Below, piece by piece: positions 1-12,060 of a DNA stretch of 64,000 nucleotides. A model generated the notes under the pieces. That model searched no databases. It saw nothing but the letters and a program-made list of their open reading frames with translations, and was not told where the DNA came from. The position numbers and the translations under genes are program-made. This DNA is from Mytilus edulis. Lineage: Eukaryota. Every line of letters begins with the position of its first letter. Within the stretch, counting starts at the first letter, position 1. The stretch covers positions 102,114,001-102,178,000 of the forward strand of contig NC_092344.1 in NCBI RefSeq assembly GCF_963676685.1, in the 5' to 3' direction.

Positions 1-208
1 TAAATTTTATCTATCTTTAATCAATTAAAATTCAGATCTCACACTCTGCTCTGTTTTTTTTAGGACAAACTGGTCCAATCAAAATAACAAAGCAGAGTGG
101 GCTTTATTTGAAAATAAATGAATTCCTTTGACCAATCACAAAATTTATTACAAACAATGACAAGGCAGTGTCTTTGTCATCTCTATCACTTCACACAAAA
201 AATGCTTA

Positions 209-492
209 GGGAGCTACCATTTGATTTTTATGGGGGGGCTAGGATGAAATTTGAAAAAAATAGGCAGGACAGGAGTTTTGAGTAAAAAAAAAAGGCAGGA
301 TGAGCAACTTGGTAAAAAAAAAAAGGCAGGATGACAATTTGTGTAAAAAAAGTAAGGATAAACTAGTAAAAAAAAAAGGCAGGACCGAATAGAGTAAAAA
401 ATAAAAAGGCAGGACAGGGATTACAACTAAAAAAAAATGCAGGACAAAATTTTTCATCCTAGCCCCCCCATAAAAATCAAATGGTAGCTCCC
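209..492. mobile_element. MITE, PIF/Harbinger (Tourist)-like
   Basis: ~40-bp TIRs GGGAGCTACCATTTGATTTTTATGGGGGGGCTAGGATGAAA / its reverse complement; TTA on both flanks (206-208, 493-495); internal A-rich GGCAGGA repeats. Confidence 0.85.
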
Positions 493-1665
493 TTAAATAA
501 AAAGGTCATGTAAACATGGTAAAAATGGAAGTTTTACGATAGATTATTTCTTAGTCTGTTTTTAAACTACATATATATATATTTTTAATTTATTTATTGT
601 AATAAATGTAGATGACAGGTTTGTTAATTATGGTTCACTAAGTTGAACACTTCTGATGTAACTTTATCAAGTACCTCCTAAGGATCTTTTCTGCCTAAAT
701 TACTTTAAAGAAAATATGTTTTAGTTAAATGATGTCGTAATTTCCCCTTATTCTGAAAAAGCATGTACATTTACATGAATTGATACATGTGTATATTTAT
801 ACACATAATAAAGTCTATACTGTTCACCTTTCATTTTTTTTTATAGTAACCATAAAAACAGTAAGAAAGCTCTATAAATTACAATGTTAACAGTACAGTG
901 CCACATGTGGAGCAGGACTTACATGTATACATCATGTACATTTTGTACCCTTCCAGAGCACTGGATATCACGTACCCCATGTTTTTGTTTAAGTTTGTGT
1001 TGCTTAGTCTTTAATATGTGTTTTGAGTATTGTTGTCGGTCTGTCTGTTTGTATTATCCTTTTTTAGCCATAATGTTGTCCCTTTGATATCTTTCGCCTC
1101 TCTTCTAGTATAAAGTGATTGATTGTTTAAGTTATACATCCAGTGGCAAGTATTAGAGGAAGAGCAATATTAATTATCAATACAATAGGAAGGTTCTGCA
1201 AGATGTGTTGACCAAGATGCGGGATAAAGGGCTGGAAACTTCGACTGTTACTGGAAAATTGAGAAATGTTTGAGCCTCAGGCTACAACAGGAACCCTGAA
1301 AGATTTAGGAGGCATAGAACTAGAAGGCGTTCACACCTTCCCTTTGATTGGCAAATTTATAAAGTTTTAAACATTAAATCATAAAAATATAGTTGAATCT
1401 CAGTTTCACTTGCCAGTATCATCTTCAGTTTTATGGATTTACGCCCCCATGAGAATAGCAAACAGATTCACCCTTTTATAACAATGTTTTCTTCCAGACT
1501 GCAGATAGTCCAGGGAAGAATGTATAACGATACATATTTCTATACCCCAGTCAACCATAGAGGTTTAATTTTGCAGTGTATACATCATGTACATGTACAC
1601 ATGGTACCACTGTTGTTCAATAGACGTATTTACACTAGTAGTAATTTTGAATATATCTTTCTTAC

Positions 1666-1711
1666 CAACTCCATATTTATGACAAGATTTATTCCATGTA
1701 TTTAATTCCAT
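1666..1711 (-). CDS. First coding exon of a DOCK-A/B family (DOCK3/DOCK4-like) Rac GEF; rest of gene lies left of the window
   Basis: Minus strand ATG GAA TTA AAT ACA TGG AAT AAA TCT TGT CAT AAA TAT GGA GTT G|GTAAGA = MELNTWNKSCHKYGV plus a phase-1 donor. Resembles the recalled W...KYGV N-terminus of DOCK1-5, whose first intron follows KYGV. Lies head-to-head with ZNF277. Confidence 0.72.
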
Positions 1712-2001
1712 CGTAATTTTAACACAACAGTACTGTTTACTTCCGCATTTTGTAAATCCCTCTCATTTGCAATGTCACTGATTCATCAGTTCATTATCAG
1801 TCCATTCTCATTTCACCAACTTTATTTTCGGTACTACACACGATTGCTAATTTTGAAATGGTTTTAATTATTTATATATCGTGAATCTGCCAAATAATTG
1901 TTCACAACAAAGCCGTGTCAGCCAGACAATAACCTGTTAGAAAAATGATGCATACAAATTTTCCAAATTTATTTATAAATTATTCACTGCGGAACTTCAA
2001 G
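1712..2001. promoter_or_regulatory. Putative bidirectional promoter and 5' UTRs between the DOCK-like gene and ZNF277
   Basis: 290 bp between divergent ATGs; ETS-like ACTTCCGC at 1739-1746; YY1-like CAAGATGTC overlapping the ZNF277 ATG. Confidence 0.55.
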
Positions 2002-2038
2002 ATGTCAGCGCCCACTGCAGCTGATTCGACGGTTGCAG
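2002..2038 (+). CDS. ZNF277: ZNF277 exon 1 (MSAPTAADSTVA+G)
   Basis: ATG in CAAGATG context; ends G|gtttca, phase 1, matching exon 2 (G+AA = Glu). Donor is weak and the peptide is not conserved. Confidence 0.7.
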
Positions 2039-2161
2039 GTTTCAACATTTTAACATGTCAAACGATTATATCAAACTTTCAGATTACGTTTATTTGCTCG
2101 ATGTATTATGTTTGCATTGATTCTGTTATTTTTCATGTCTATCTTTTTTTTCACTTTCTGA

Positions 2162-2747
2162 AAGGTTCATGTGGACCCTATGGCTGAAATGGCCGTATTT
2201 TCACCTCAAAATTTACTCTGAATACAGGCAAATCTGTGCATTTGGAAAAGTTTTAAGGCATAGCATGCCCTAGATAAATAGAATTCAAATGCATTGTATG
2301 ATTTAGAAAATTCATAACTTAACTGGATTTTACCGTACACTTTTTTTCGTCCCTGCAGAAGATGATAAAATTAACAAACAGTTGTGTTTACCTTGATATG
2401 GTCCACTCAGGTACACAGTTTAAATAACCAATTATTGTCAGGTATCTATTGTCCATCTCATGTCCATGTCAAACAAAACAGCTCACTTCAATAATTACCT
2501 GTGGGGGAGTTCTCAAACCTGTTTCCTAACTTAGTTTATTTTGGCACCTTCTGGAGGAATGAAAAAAAGTGCACAGAAAAATCCTGGTGAGTTTTTATTT
2601 TTCTAAAACATAAAACATATTTGAAATTTATTTATCTAGGGCATGCTATGCCTGAAAATGTTTACAGATGCACAGATTTGTCTGTACTCAGAGTAAATTT
2701 TGAGGTGAAAATACGGTCATTTTAGCCATAGGGTCCACATGAACCTT
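2162..2747. mobile_element. MITE with long (~200 bp) imperfect TIRs
   Basis: AAGGTTCATGTGGACCCTATGGCT...CACCTCAAAATTTACTCTGA mirrored at 2687-2747; TSD unclear. Confidence 0.85.
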
Positions 2748-2924
2748 AAAGGCTTAGACTGCATCGACAACTCTAGAAGGGGTGAATATATACCTATCTG
2801 AACACCATCTTAGCCCAGTAACATCATCTGTACAAACTTACTACTGGATAAAAGCTGTAAAAAAACATATTCAATTGACTCAACAAAAATTTAAAACTGT
2901 CCACGAGAGGAGTACACACAGATT

Positions 2925-3051
2925 CAGTGGCGGATCCAGAAATTTTCATAAGTGGGGGCCCACTGACTGACCTAAGAGGGGGCCCGCTCCAGTCACGCTT
3001 CAGTGATTCCCTATATAAGCAACCAAATTTTTCCCCCTAAATCCGCCTCTG
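2925..3051. mobile_element. Short CAGTGGCGGAT-type MITE inserted in the LINE 5' ORF
   Basis: TIR CAGTGGCGGAT / ATCCGCCTCTG; AGATT duplicated at 2920-2924 and 3052-3056; same family in reverse orientation at 7612-7745. Confidence 0.8.
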
Positions 3052-3261
3052 AGATTTCCTTGCACGATATGCCAAAAAGCATGTAAAATAGAATCCATAG
3101 CTTGTGACGACTGTGATAAGTGGACACATAGAAACTGCATTGGTATGTCAACATTAGAATACAGCAACCTAGGCAAAAGTGAAGACACATGGACTTGCCC
3201 ATCTTGCTGCAAACCAAACAATTCTTCAACAAAAATATATTTTATACCAAATGGAGATGAC

Positions 3262-4828
3262 AGATAAAGGAAAAAGTCCATACTACACCATGAAGGACAT
3301 AAAAATTAGTACCAACGGAGTCCACAAATTGTTAAAAAACCTGAAACCCCATAAAGCTACTGGTCCCGACTCAATACCAGCCTTTATACTGAAAGCAGCA
3401 GCAGAACAACTTGCTCCGATACTCACAGACCTATACCAAACATCATTGAACACTGGTGAAGTCCCGCAAGATTGGAGAGATGCCAATGTACATGTAGTTC
3501 CACTTTTTAAAAAAGACGAAAGGCACCTAGCATCTAACTACAGACCAGTATCTCTAACTTCCATCACAAGTAAGGTCTTAGAACATATTGTACATAGCTA
3601 CATCATGGACCACTTTGACAAAAATAAAATACTAACTGATGCACAACACGGATTCCGCAAAAGACGATCATGCGAATCTCAACTAATCGTAACCATCAAC
3701 GACATTGCATCAAAATTAAAAAGCAGCGGCCAAGTAGACATCATCCTGCTAGACTTTGCAAAAGCATTTGACAAGGTACCACATCACCGCCTCCTACACA
3801 AGCTGGAATACTATGGCGTCAACCCCAAAACCAATAAATGGATTCGCTCTTTCCTACATAACAGAAAGCAGAGCGTGATATTAGAGGGTGCTGTCTCCTC
3901 ACAAGTACCAGTACTCTCTGGTGTACCCCAAGGCACAGTCCTTGTTCCATTACTGTTCCTGGCCTACATTAACGACATGCCAGAAACAGCATCTACATCA
4001 GAGACCAAATTGTTCGCGGATGACAGCCTACTCTTTCGTACCATCACCAACCAAGCTGACAGTGAACTACTTCAAAAGGACTTAACAGCATTGGAAGACT
4101 GGGAAAACAAATGGCAGATGAGTTTAAATGCCAAAAAATGTCTTGTCATCAGAATATCCCCAAAAAATAGACCAGTGATACAAACATCGTACCAGCTACA
4201 CGGTCATACTCTAGACACAGAGGAAGCAAGTAAATATCTTGGAGTAACCATCAGCAACAACCTAACATGGGATAAACACATAGACAATACAGTAGGCAAA
4301 GGAAACAGAACGTTGGGATTTATACGTAGAAACCTCAAAGGCTGTACAAAACCTGTAAAGGCAGCTGCGTATGTATCCATGGTAAGACCTGCAGTGGAAT
4401 AGGCAAGCACAATATGGGACCCAACCGCCCAAAATAAAATCAAGGCAATTGAACAGGTACAGAAAAGAGCTGCACGATTTGTGAATAACAACTACACAGA
4501 CCGAACACCTGGCTGTGTCACAAATATGGTAAAAAATCTTAAAGGGGAAAGTCTCGAAGAACGGAGGAAAACTAATAGATTATGCATGCTATTTAAGATC
4601 CAGCATGATCTTATAGATATAGACCGTCACCAATTTTTGACCCCAAATGATAACCGGACCAGAGGTAAAAACCGCTTCTTCCAAGAAAGAACAAGTACAG
4701 ACACTTACGGCCAATCTTTCTTCCCAAGGACAATCGGGGACTGGAACAACCTACCAACAACAGTTACAGTGACCAACACCGTTAAGGGATTCAGAGCTGC
4801 CCTGAAGGCATGCTCTGAAAGGAAGTAG
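3262..4828 (+). pseudogene. LINE reverse transcriptase pseudogene
   Basis: Premature stop (VRPAVE*ASTIWDP, Tyr expected), 6-bp CATGTA duplication near 3488, GPLLF changed to VPLLF. Confidence 0.85.
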
Positions 4829-5127
4829 GAAAACCCAGTTGTAAATAATTTTAATTGTATATTTTTGCGAACGTTTAAATGTATTTGTAAATAGCCAAGA
4901 GAAAGCTTTCTGTGTTGCCCGACACTGCGTAAAGTTTTTCGCGCGGAACCATGAACATTCAGCATTGAATCCGGTTCCTTACCTGGAAGAAGAAAAAGAA
5001 GAGGCTGAGGAAAAGACGTTTCGGCCATGGGTCCGGTTCGGCCTTGGTCGTTTCGGCTATGCTTCACTTTGGCCAAAGTGATAAAAGAATTTGTTGTACC
5101 TTCCATAACCCATTTACGATATTTAAT

Positions 5128-5287
5128 CAGTGGCGGATGCAGGAATTTTCGAAAGGGGGGGTGCTAGCCCAGGGCAAAGGGGGGTGCAGGGGGGGGGTGC
5201 AAACATATGTCCCGATTCAAATGCATTGATCGGCCAAAATAAAGGGGGGTGCGGACCCCCGGAACCCCCCCTCTGGATCCGCCACTG
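5128..5287. mobile_element. CAGTGGCGGAT-type MITE
   Basis: TIR CAGTGGCGGATGCAG / CTGGATCCGCCACTG; TTTAAT on both flanks. Confidence 0.85.
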
Positions 5288-5493
5288 TTTAATTCAGATT
5301 CAGTCCAATGAGTTCTGAATGTATACTATAAAATTTAGTAAAAAGCTGAAAAATCAACAATGAAAATAATGTTCCTGTAAAATTTTAACACCACAATACA
5401 GTGGTGAATCCAGGAGTGTGGTTCCTGGAGTTGCAAGTTGAACAAATGTCCGGAATATATGACCGTTTTGGAAGCCTTGGTTGCAATCCCTTC

Positions 5494-7286
5494 TTTTTTA
5501 GCTCACCTAGCCCAAAGGGCCAAGTGAGCTTTTCTCGTCACTTTGCGTCCGGCGTCCGTCGTCCGGCGTTAGCTTTTACAAAAATCTTCTCCTCTGAAAC
5601 TACTGGGCCAAATCAAACCAAGCTTGGCCACAATCATCATTGGGGTATCTAGTTTAAAAAATGTGTGGCGTGACCCGGTCAACCAACCAAGATGGCCGCC
5701 ACGGCTAAATATAGAACATAGGGGTAAAATGCAGTTTTTGGCTTAAAACTCAAAAACCAAAGCATTTAGAGCAAATCTGACAGGGGGTAAAAATGTTTAT
5801 CAGGTCAAGATCTATCTGCCCTGAATTTTTCAGATGAATCGGTCAATCCGTTGTTGGGTTGCTGCCCCTGAATTGGTAATTTTGAGGAAATTTTGCTGTT
5901 TTTGGTTATTATCTTGAATATTATTATAGATAGAGATAAACTGTAAACAGCAATAATGTTCAGCAAAGTAAAATCTACAAATAAGTCAACATGACCAAAA
6001 TGGTCAGTTGACCCGTTTAGGAGTTATTGCCCTTTATAGTCAATTTTTAACCATTTTTCGTAAATTAAAGTAATCTTTTACAAAAATCTTCTCCTCTGAA
6101 ATTGCTGGGCCAAACTAATCCAAACTTGGCCACAATCATCTTTGGGGTATCTAGTTTAAAAAATGTGTGGCGTGACCTGGTCAACCAACCAAGATGGTCG
6201 CCACGGCTAAAAATAGAACATAGGGGTAAAATGCAGTTTTTGGCTTATAACTCAAAAACCAAAGCATTTTGAGGAAATATGACATGGGTAAAAATGTTTA
6301 TCAGGTCAAGATCTATCTGCCCTGAAATTTTCAGTTGAATCAGTCAACCCGTTGTTGGGTTGCTGCCCCTGAATTGGTAATTTTGAGGAAATTTTGCTGT
6401 TTTTGGTTATTATCTTGAATATTATTATAGATAGAGATAAACTGTAAACAGCAATAATGTTCAGCAAAGTAAGATCTACAAATAAGTCAACATGATGAAA
6501 ATGGTCAGTTGACCCGTTTAGGAGTTATTGCCCTTTATAGTAAATTTTTAACCATTTTTCGTAAATTAAAGTAATCTTTTACAAAAATCTTCTTCTCTGA
6601 AACTACTGGGCCAAACTAATCCAAACTTGGCCACAATCATCTTTGGGGTATCTAGTTTAAAAAATATGTGGCATGACTTGGTCAACCAACTAAGATGGCC
6701 GCCACGGCTAAAAATAGAACATAGGGGTAAAATGCAGTTTTTGGCTTATAACTATGAAACCAAAGCATTTAGAGCAAATCTGACAAGAAGTTAAATTGTT
6801 AATCAAGTCAATATCTATCTGCCCTGAATTTTTCAGATGAATTGGACAACTGGTTGTTGGGTTGCTGCCCTCCAAATGGTAATTTTTAAAGAAATTTTGC
6901 CGTTTTTGGTTATCTTGAATACTATTATAGATAGCGATAAACTGTAAACAGCAATAATGTTCAGCAAAGTAAGATCTACAAATAAGTCAACATGACCTAA
7001 ATGGTCAATTGACCCCTTAAGGAGTTATTGCCCTTTATAGTCAATTTTTAACAATTTTCATTAATTTGGTAAATTTATGTAAATTTTTACCAAATTAGTT
7101 CTCTGTTACTAATGGGCAAAGTTCATTATAGATAATATTGTAAGAAGCAAAATCGTTCAGTAAAGTAAGAACTTCAAACACATCACCATCACCAAAATAC
7201 AATTTTGTCATGAATCCATTTGTGTCCTTTGTTTAATATGCACATAGACCAAGGTGAGCGACACAGGCTCTTTAGAGCCTCTAGTT
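5494..7286 (+). mobile_element. Helentron/HINE (DINE-1-like) non-autonomous element with three ~501-bp tandem units
   Basis: 5' T-run + AGCTCACCT subterminal repeat with nearby GTGAGCT inverted copy; (CGTC)-type microsatellite; units start at 5573, 6075 and 6576; 3' AGGTGAGC + hairpin AGGCTC-TTTA-GAGCCT + CTAGTTT. Confidence 0.85.
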
Positions 7287-7356
7287 TTTATCATTTATGC
7301 TTCTGAGCAATACTTGAATACTCTATATCTTGTAGTTAGATCACTCAATTAAAATC

Positions 7357-7558
7357 GGTAAAAGGACAGAAAGCCACAGGACAAAAAGTCACAGAACATA
7401 ATATAAAGTCCTAAATTTGATAGGACAAAACGTCGCAAATAATTTGTTGGCAATTGCTTGTCTTGTTCAAAGAAAAATAATCTCAAAACTGAATTGTGAC
7501 TTTTTGTCGGTGACTTTTGTCTGTGAGTTTTGGTCCTGAGACTTTCTGTCCTACATTC
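7357..7558. mobile_element. MITE with sub-repeated TIRs
   Basis: AGGACAGAAAG..CACAG repeats mirrored at both ends; TTAAAATC duplicated at 7349-7356 and 7559-7566. Confidence 0.75.
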
Positions 7559-7611
7559 TTAAAATCATCCCTACAGAACCCTGTAGATTAATTTTTTGAT
7601 GTACAGTATAT

Positions 7612-7745
7612 CATAGGTGGATCCAGGGGGGGGGTGGGGGCCGGGCCCCCCTTTCGTGGGAAAAATTTGGTTGATGATATAGGGAATCATTGAAGCATGA
7701 CTGGAGCGGGCCCCCCCTTAGGAAAAGTTCTGGATCCGCGGCTGG
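7612..7745. mobile_element. MITE, same family as 2925-3051, inverted
   Basis: GGATCCAG / CTGGATCC TIRs; internal AAATTTGGTTG..AGGGAATCA..GACTGGAGCGGGCCCC is the reverse complement of 2980-3030. Confidence 0.75.
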
Positions 7746-8430
7746 TAATACATAATTTTAAGCCTTTACGAGCATGTTCTCTAAGCTAGGTCAATCAACT
7801 TAAAGCTTCATCTCAGCTTATATTTTATATTTATAATTCAACATGCAGAAATCTTGGTAATTGGTACATACACTGAAATGATTCAAATTACTAGGGACTA
7901 AGTGCCAAAAACTGTTGCTTTTTTACAACACCTATGTATTAAAGTTTATAGTTGTTCAAGAAAACATCAGTATCATGAAAACAAATATTTTTTTCCCAGT
8001 ATCTGGAGGTTAAATGTAATTTTGTTAGATAGAATAATCATGGCCGGATATGGAATGTCAGAATACTGCATAAAGTACAGGACTAACACATTTATAAAGG
8101 ATAAACTACACTTAACCTAATTATGTTCATTATATCTATGATAACAATTAGAAGACACTGAATATTATATGTTCAAAGGGGAATAACAAACAAATGAAAA
8201 GTGAAAAAATCGAAATGGGATGAAACAAAAATGAATGTGTAAGAAAAACTAACACTGATGGAGAGTTGCCTCATTGGCACTCATACCATATCTTCATATT
8301 TATACAGAACTGAAGCTTTATCTACAATGTAAATTTCAAAAATGGCTTTTTATCATATTAAATGTATTATCACAACATAAATCATCTGAATGTCTTTAAA
8401 CTATAAGGTAGAGATTGATTTTGTTCTTAA

Positions 8431-8601
8431 TACACCTTATCGCTATTTGTCCACCATTACTGGACATCACACAGGTTCCTGTAAAAAAATTATGTCATTA
8501 TACAAAATATCTGACGCCACAATGGAAAAGTGATTGTTGTATGACGTCAATAGTTCAAGCCGCCAGATTCTTGAGTCAGCCATGAATAGCGATAAGGTGT
8601 A
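8431..8601. mobile_element. Small MITE
   Basis: 17-bp perfect TIR TACACCTTATCGCTATT / AATAGCGATAAGGTGTA. Confidence 0.75.
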
Positions 8602-8695
8602 CATGTATATAGTCATAGTGGCTCATATAGCATCCAGGTATTTTCATTTATGATCAATCACAATGTTTAAGTTGTTGTTTTTTGTCTACTTTCAG

Positions 8696-8885
8696 AAAAA
8701 TTGGTTCTGGAATGCCTCAGTTTATCTCACATTGATGGTGACTCAACTGAATTAAATGACAGAGCTGTCTTCTCTTGTTTATTTTGCAACCAGACTTTTG
8801 ATGAAAAAGATAATGTTCAGAGACACTTGGTGAAAGAACATAAACTAGTGATAGCAGATGTTAATCTCATCAGTCATTTCCAAAG
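8696..8885 (+). CDS. ZNF277: ZNF277 exon 2
   Basis: tttcag|AA AAA TTG...CLFCNQTF..RHLVKEHKLVIADVNLISHFQ AG|gtatca. Confidence 0.93.
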
Positions 8886-9069
8886 GTATCAGGAAAATGC
8901 ATTGCTTTTTTACAATTTAAACAGGAGTTTAATTATACTTTAAAGGAATATTTTAGACACAGGCAACAAAATAAATTTTTAAATATATATAAGAGAAATG
9001 GATATTATGTAGCATAGACAACAACCCAACAATAAAGCATAAATACCTAACTAAATATCGACAACTATA

Positions 9070-9643
9070 CACCTGGAAAAAAGTATTGCAACACTTCCAT
9101 TGAAAGCAATGTAAAATGACATGGGTTTTACCAAATGCTTTTAATCCGTTTATGTTTTAAAATTGAATTCATGGTATCAGCTTACTTTTCATTCAATATT
9201 AATACTACATGGATAGGACATAATAGCTACACAGAACTAGTTTTTCGCATTTTTCACAAAAATGCAAATTTTGCAGGACTCATTTTTCCAAAACATTAGT
9301 TCTACAAATAATTCAGATTTTTTTATGCATAAAACTCATTCAGAACTGTTTGAAATGCCTAGTTTAACACACATTTTCTGTGTCAGATGTTTAGTTTGTT
9401 GTAAAAAATTCCTTTATTAAATGTCGGTATAGAAGATAATACAAAGCTTGAATAACTTTTGAAGTACAGCTCTAATGATGTGTCTCTCTAGTCCTGATTT
9501 TGCCTGAATTGTAAGTTTCATTTAATTTTAAAACCATAAACTGATTTAAAGTATTTAGGAAAATCCCAAATTATACACTTTCTATAATCATGTCATTTTA
9601 CAATGTTTTCAATGAAAGTGTTGCAATACTTTTTTTCCAGGTG
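9070..9643. mobile_element. Tc1/mariner-type MITE
   Basis: ~55-bp TIR CACCTGGAAAAAAGTATTGCAACACTT...; TA on both flanks. Confidence 0.85.
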
Positions 9644-10171
9644 TATAGATGTTGCACATACAATATATTTCTAGGTTACAAAAATAGAATAAATTTGGTG
9701 TAAAAAACATTAGATAGACGCCACTTTAAGTCAATTCAATAAGTAAAGCAATAAAAGTTTGATGATATCTTCTGTGTATAAAGGCATATAATACAGTGGC
9801 CAGGTCAGATAATGAATTTAAATTAATTGTTTTGTGTTTATGATGTCGTAAAATTAGATATTCAAAATTCATGGAAAATGCACTGATGTCATCAAACCTG
9901 GCTGGTGTGCGAATTTGAAAGATTTTCTAAAAGGAAAACAGATATGCTGTTTCTTAAATCAGCTAGAGGGAAGTGAACTCTAATTCTATCAATGATATAT
10001 TCCAATATATGACATTGAATTGGTATTATGTCAGGAAAACCTTCACAATAATGTTTCAAATCAACTGTAAAAAGATGAAATAATTTCAGTTGACATACTT
10101 TGAAGGTTGAAGATAAAGATAGGCGTGTTATTACTTATACACTGTTTTGTAGATAATTTAGGAAATATTTG

Positions 10172-11109
10172 TAGTCCAGTCAATCTAGCATTAATATGAC
10201 CCTTACCGTAAAGTAATTGAAACAGAAGATTTTTAAGTTTTAATCTTTAGCATTATACCCCAAATATACACAGAAAAAAGTCCAATAAAATATAACTTGA
10301 TGAAGCCTTAATATCAAGATTTTAAAATTCCTATGGAGATTTGCATTGAAATGGGAGATAACTCTGCAAAAAAGGCAAATATATCAATAAAATTTATACA
10401 AAATTACAACTTTACGGCTTATGTTCAGCAGAATGTATTGATTCTTGATATTTTAGCCATCTTTAGAGTATAACAATTAACTCTAAAGGTGTAATCATAT
10501 CTATTTTATTAAGCTTCTACCTAGATTTCGTATTTCATTAGTTGACCATTTATTAAATTTTTCAGCATGTCAAGGTAAAGAATCTCAAATTTAATAAAAA
10601 AAATTAATCATATATTCTTCTTTATGTGGTTTAAAGTTTCTTTTGAAAAGGTAGATGCTGAACAAATATAATTTACAGGTATACCCAAACAAAATTTTCA
10701 TTATTTTTTCAAAATGGTCACAAAGCCACAAATTGGCAATTTTTTTTTAATGAAAAATGCACAAAAAAAAATTAAATACCCATAACACTTGAGTTTTGTA
10801 CATTTCATGAGGGGAAGATGATATGATATAGTCATATACCAACTTGTAACCCAATCAAAGTATCATGCTTTACATGATTTTAAGAAAATCAACCAAAAAC
10901 TGACTAAAAAAAGACCAATTATTGCAGAGTTATCTTTCCTTTCCAATGTTAATTTCAATAGGAAATTAAAATGCTGATTTTGAGATTTCATCAAGTTAGA
11001 TTTTATGGGATTTTTTTCTGTGTATATTAGGGGCTTACTGCTATAGATTAGAACTTAAACCTTTTCTGTTGCAATTAGTTTGAGGTTAAACCTTAGTGTG
11101 ACTGGACTA
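10172..11109. mobile_element. Non-autonomous DNA transposon with TAG...CTA ends (Academ-like)
   Basis: TAGTCCAGTCA / TGACTGGACTA ends; long imperfect inverted arms (10265-10300 vs 10986-11028); TTG on both flanks. Confidence 0.65.
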
Positions 11110-11315
11110 TTGTGACATAACAAGTTTCAGTGGTATATACAACCTTTTAAACGAAATTTAACAGAAGTTCGCGACAAGGTTACATTTCTCAAACACGATA
11201 GTTTAGATAAAGATAAAAAAAAAAATTCTGATACAAGTGCCTATGGAAAGAAACAGGTTTAAAAGTCAAGTAATGGATGGATTTACAGATATTTAATTTT
11301 TATTTTTATCAACAG

Positions 11316-11407
11316 GTACCTCCTATATTGGAAAGCCAGGTTTAAGGAACAGCCAGTAGAAGATTTTTGCTCCATTATACTTACTAATTCTGGTGATAAA
11401 GATGAAG
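11316..11407 (+). CDS. ZNF277: ZNF277 exon 3
   Basis: caacag|G YLLYWKARFKEQPVEDFCSIILTNSGDKDE G|gtgagt. Confidence 0.93.
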
Positions 11408-11867
11408 GTGAGTACTTGTAGCAGAGTCCTACATACCAACTGCTGTAAATTCCCAAAAATTTTGCAATGTTTTTATTAATGGAAAAAATGTCACAGTATC
11501 AGGTTTGCAATGATAAAACTTGCATTAAAAGTGTTGTTCCATCATAAAATGTAAGCAATGATTGGCAAGGGCATTAATTAAATTTTGCAGTTTTGTGTGT
11601 TGTCAAGTATTTTCCATAATAAATACACCATACAGACGTTATACTTACACCATATTTTTCATACCTTATCATATGTTTAAAAAGTGATGTGGATTATATG
11701 TTAATGGGACAACAGCCAACTATCACAAACAGCCAAGAAACAACATATTTTATAATGAGTAACTGATGCCAAGAGAAAAGAGAGTTAAACATAAAGAGTC
11801 TCATATTATTTAAGTAAAAATCTGACTTGAGCTTATCTTGTACGATGCTTTTAATTTTTATTTTCAG

Positions 11868-11950
11868 GTCCTAAAGATCAGTATTATTTACTCAGTGATG
11901 TCTTGTCTGAAGATAAAAGTCTGAGAAATTTCTTACAGAAAAAAACATTG
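11868..11950 (+). CDS. ZNF277: ZNF277 exon 4
   Basis: tttcag|GT PKDQYYLLSDVLSEDKSLRNFLQKKTL|gtttgt. Confidence 0.92.
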
Positions 11951-12060
11951 GTTTGTTTGCTTTATAAATATAAATATAAAAACTTGCATTTTAAATGTTA
12001 ATAGGTAAAACTTGATAACAGATTATTCTTTGAAGAAGAAAAAAGAAAAGAAAAAAAAAA

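Larger units (their letters stand above)
2782..5001 (+). mobile_element. Defective CR1/L2-group LINE: PHD finger, internal deletion, reverse transcriptase, (GAA)-rich tail
   Basis: 3052-3250 encodes RFPCTICQKAC..IACDDCDKWTHRNC..WTCPSC (PHD). RT motifs KATGPDSIP, NYRPVSLTS, QHGFRK, LDFAKAFDKV, GVPQG and LFADD lie in 3262-4402. In-frame TAG at 4400, frame continues to 4828; tail GGAAGAAGAAAAAGAAGA ~4985-5001. Confidence 0.9.

Noticed and set aside
239-457. 72-aa Phe/Leu-rich membrane-like ORF
   Set aside because: Translation of the poly-T strand of a MITE interior
3179-4402. Functional or domesticated reverse transcriptase gene
   Set aside because: GTG start in an out-of-frame PHD region, premature stop, damaged motif and missing endonuclease indicate a dead LINE copy
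8886-8895. U12-type intron donor
   Set aside because: GTATCAGG does not match the GTATCCTT consensus; all introns look U2-type
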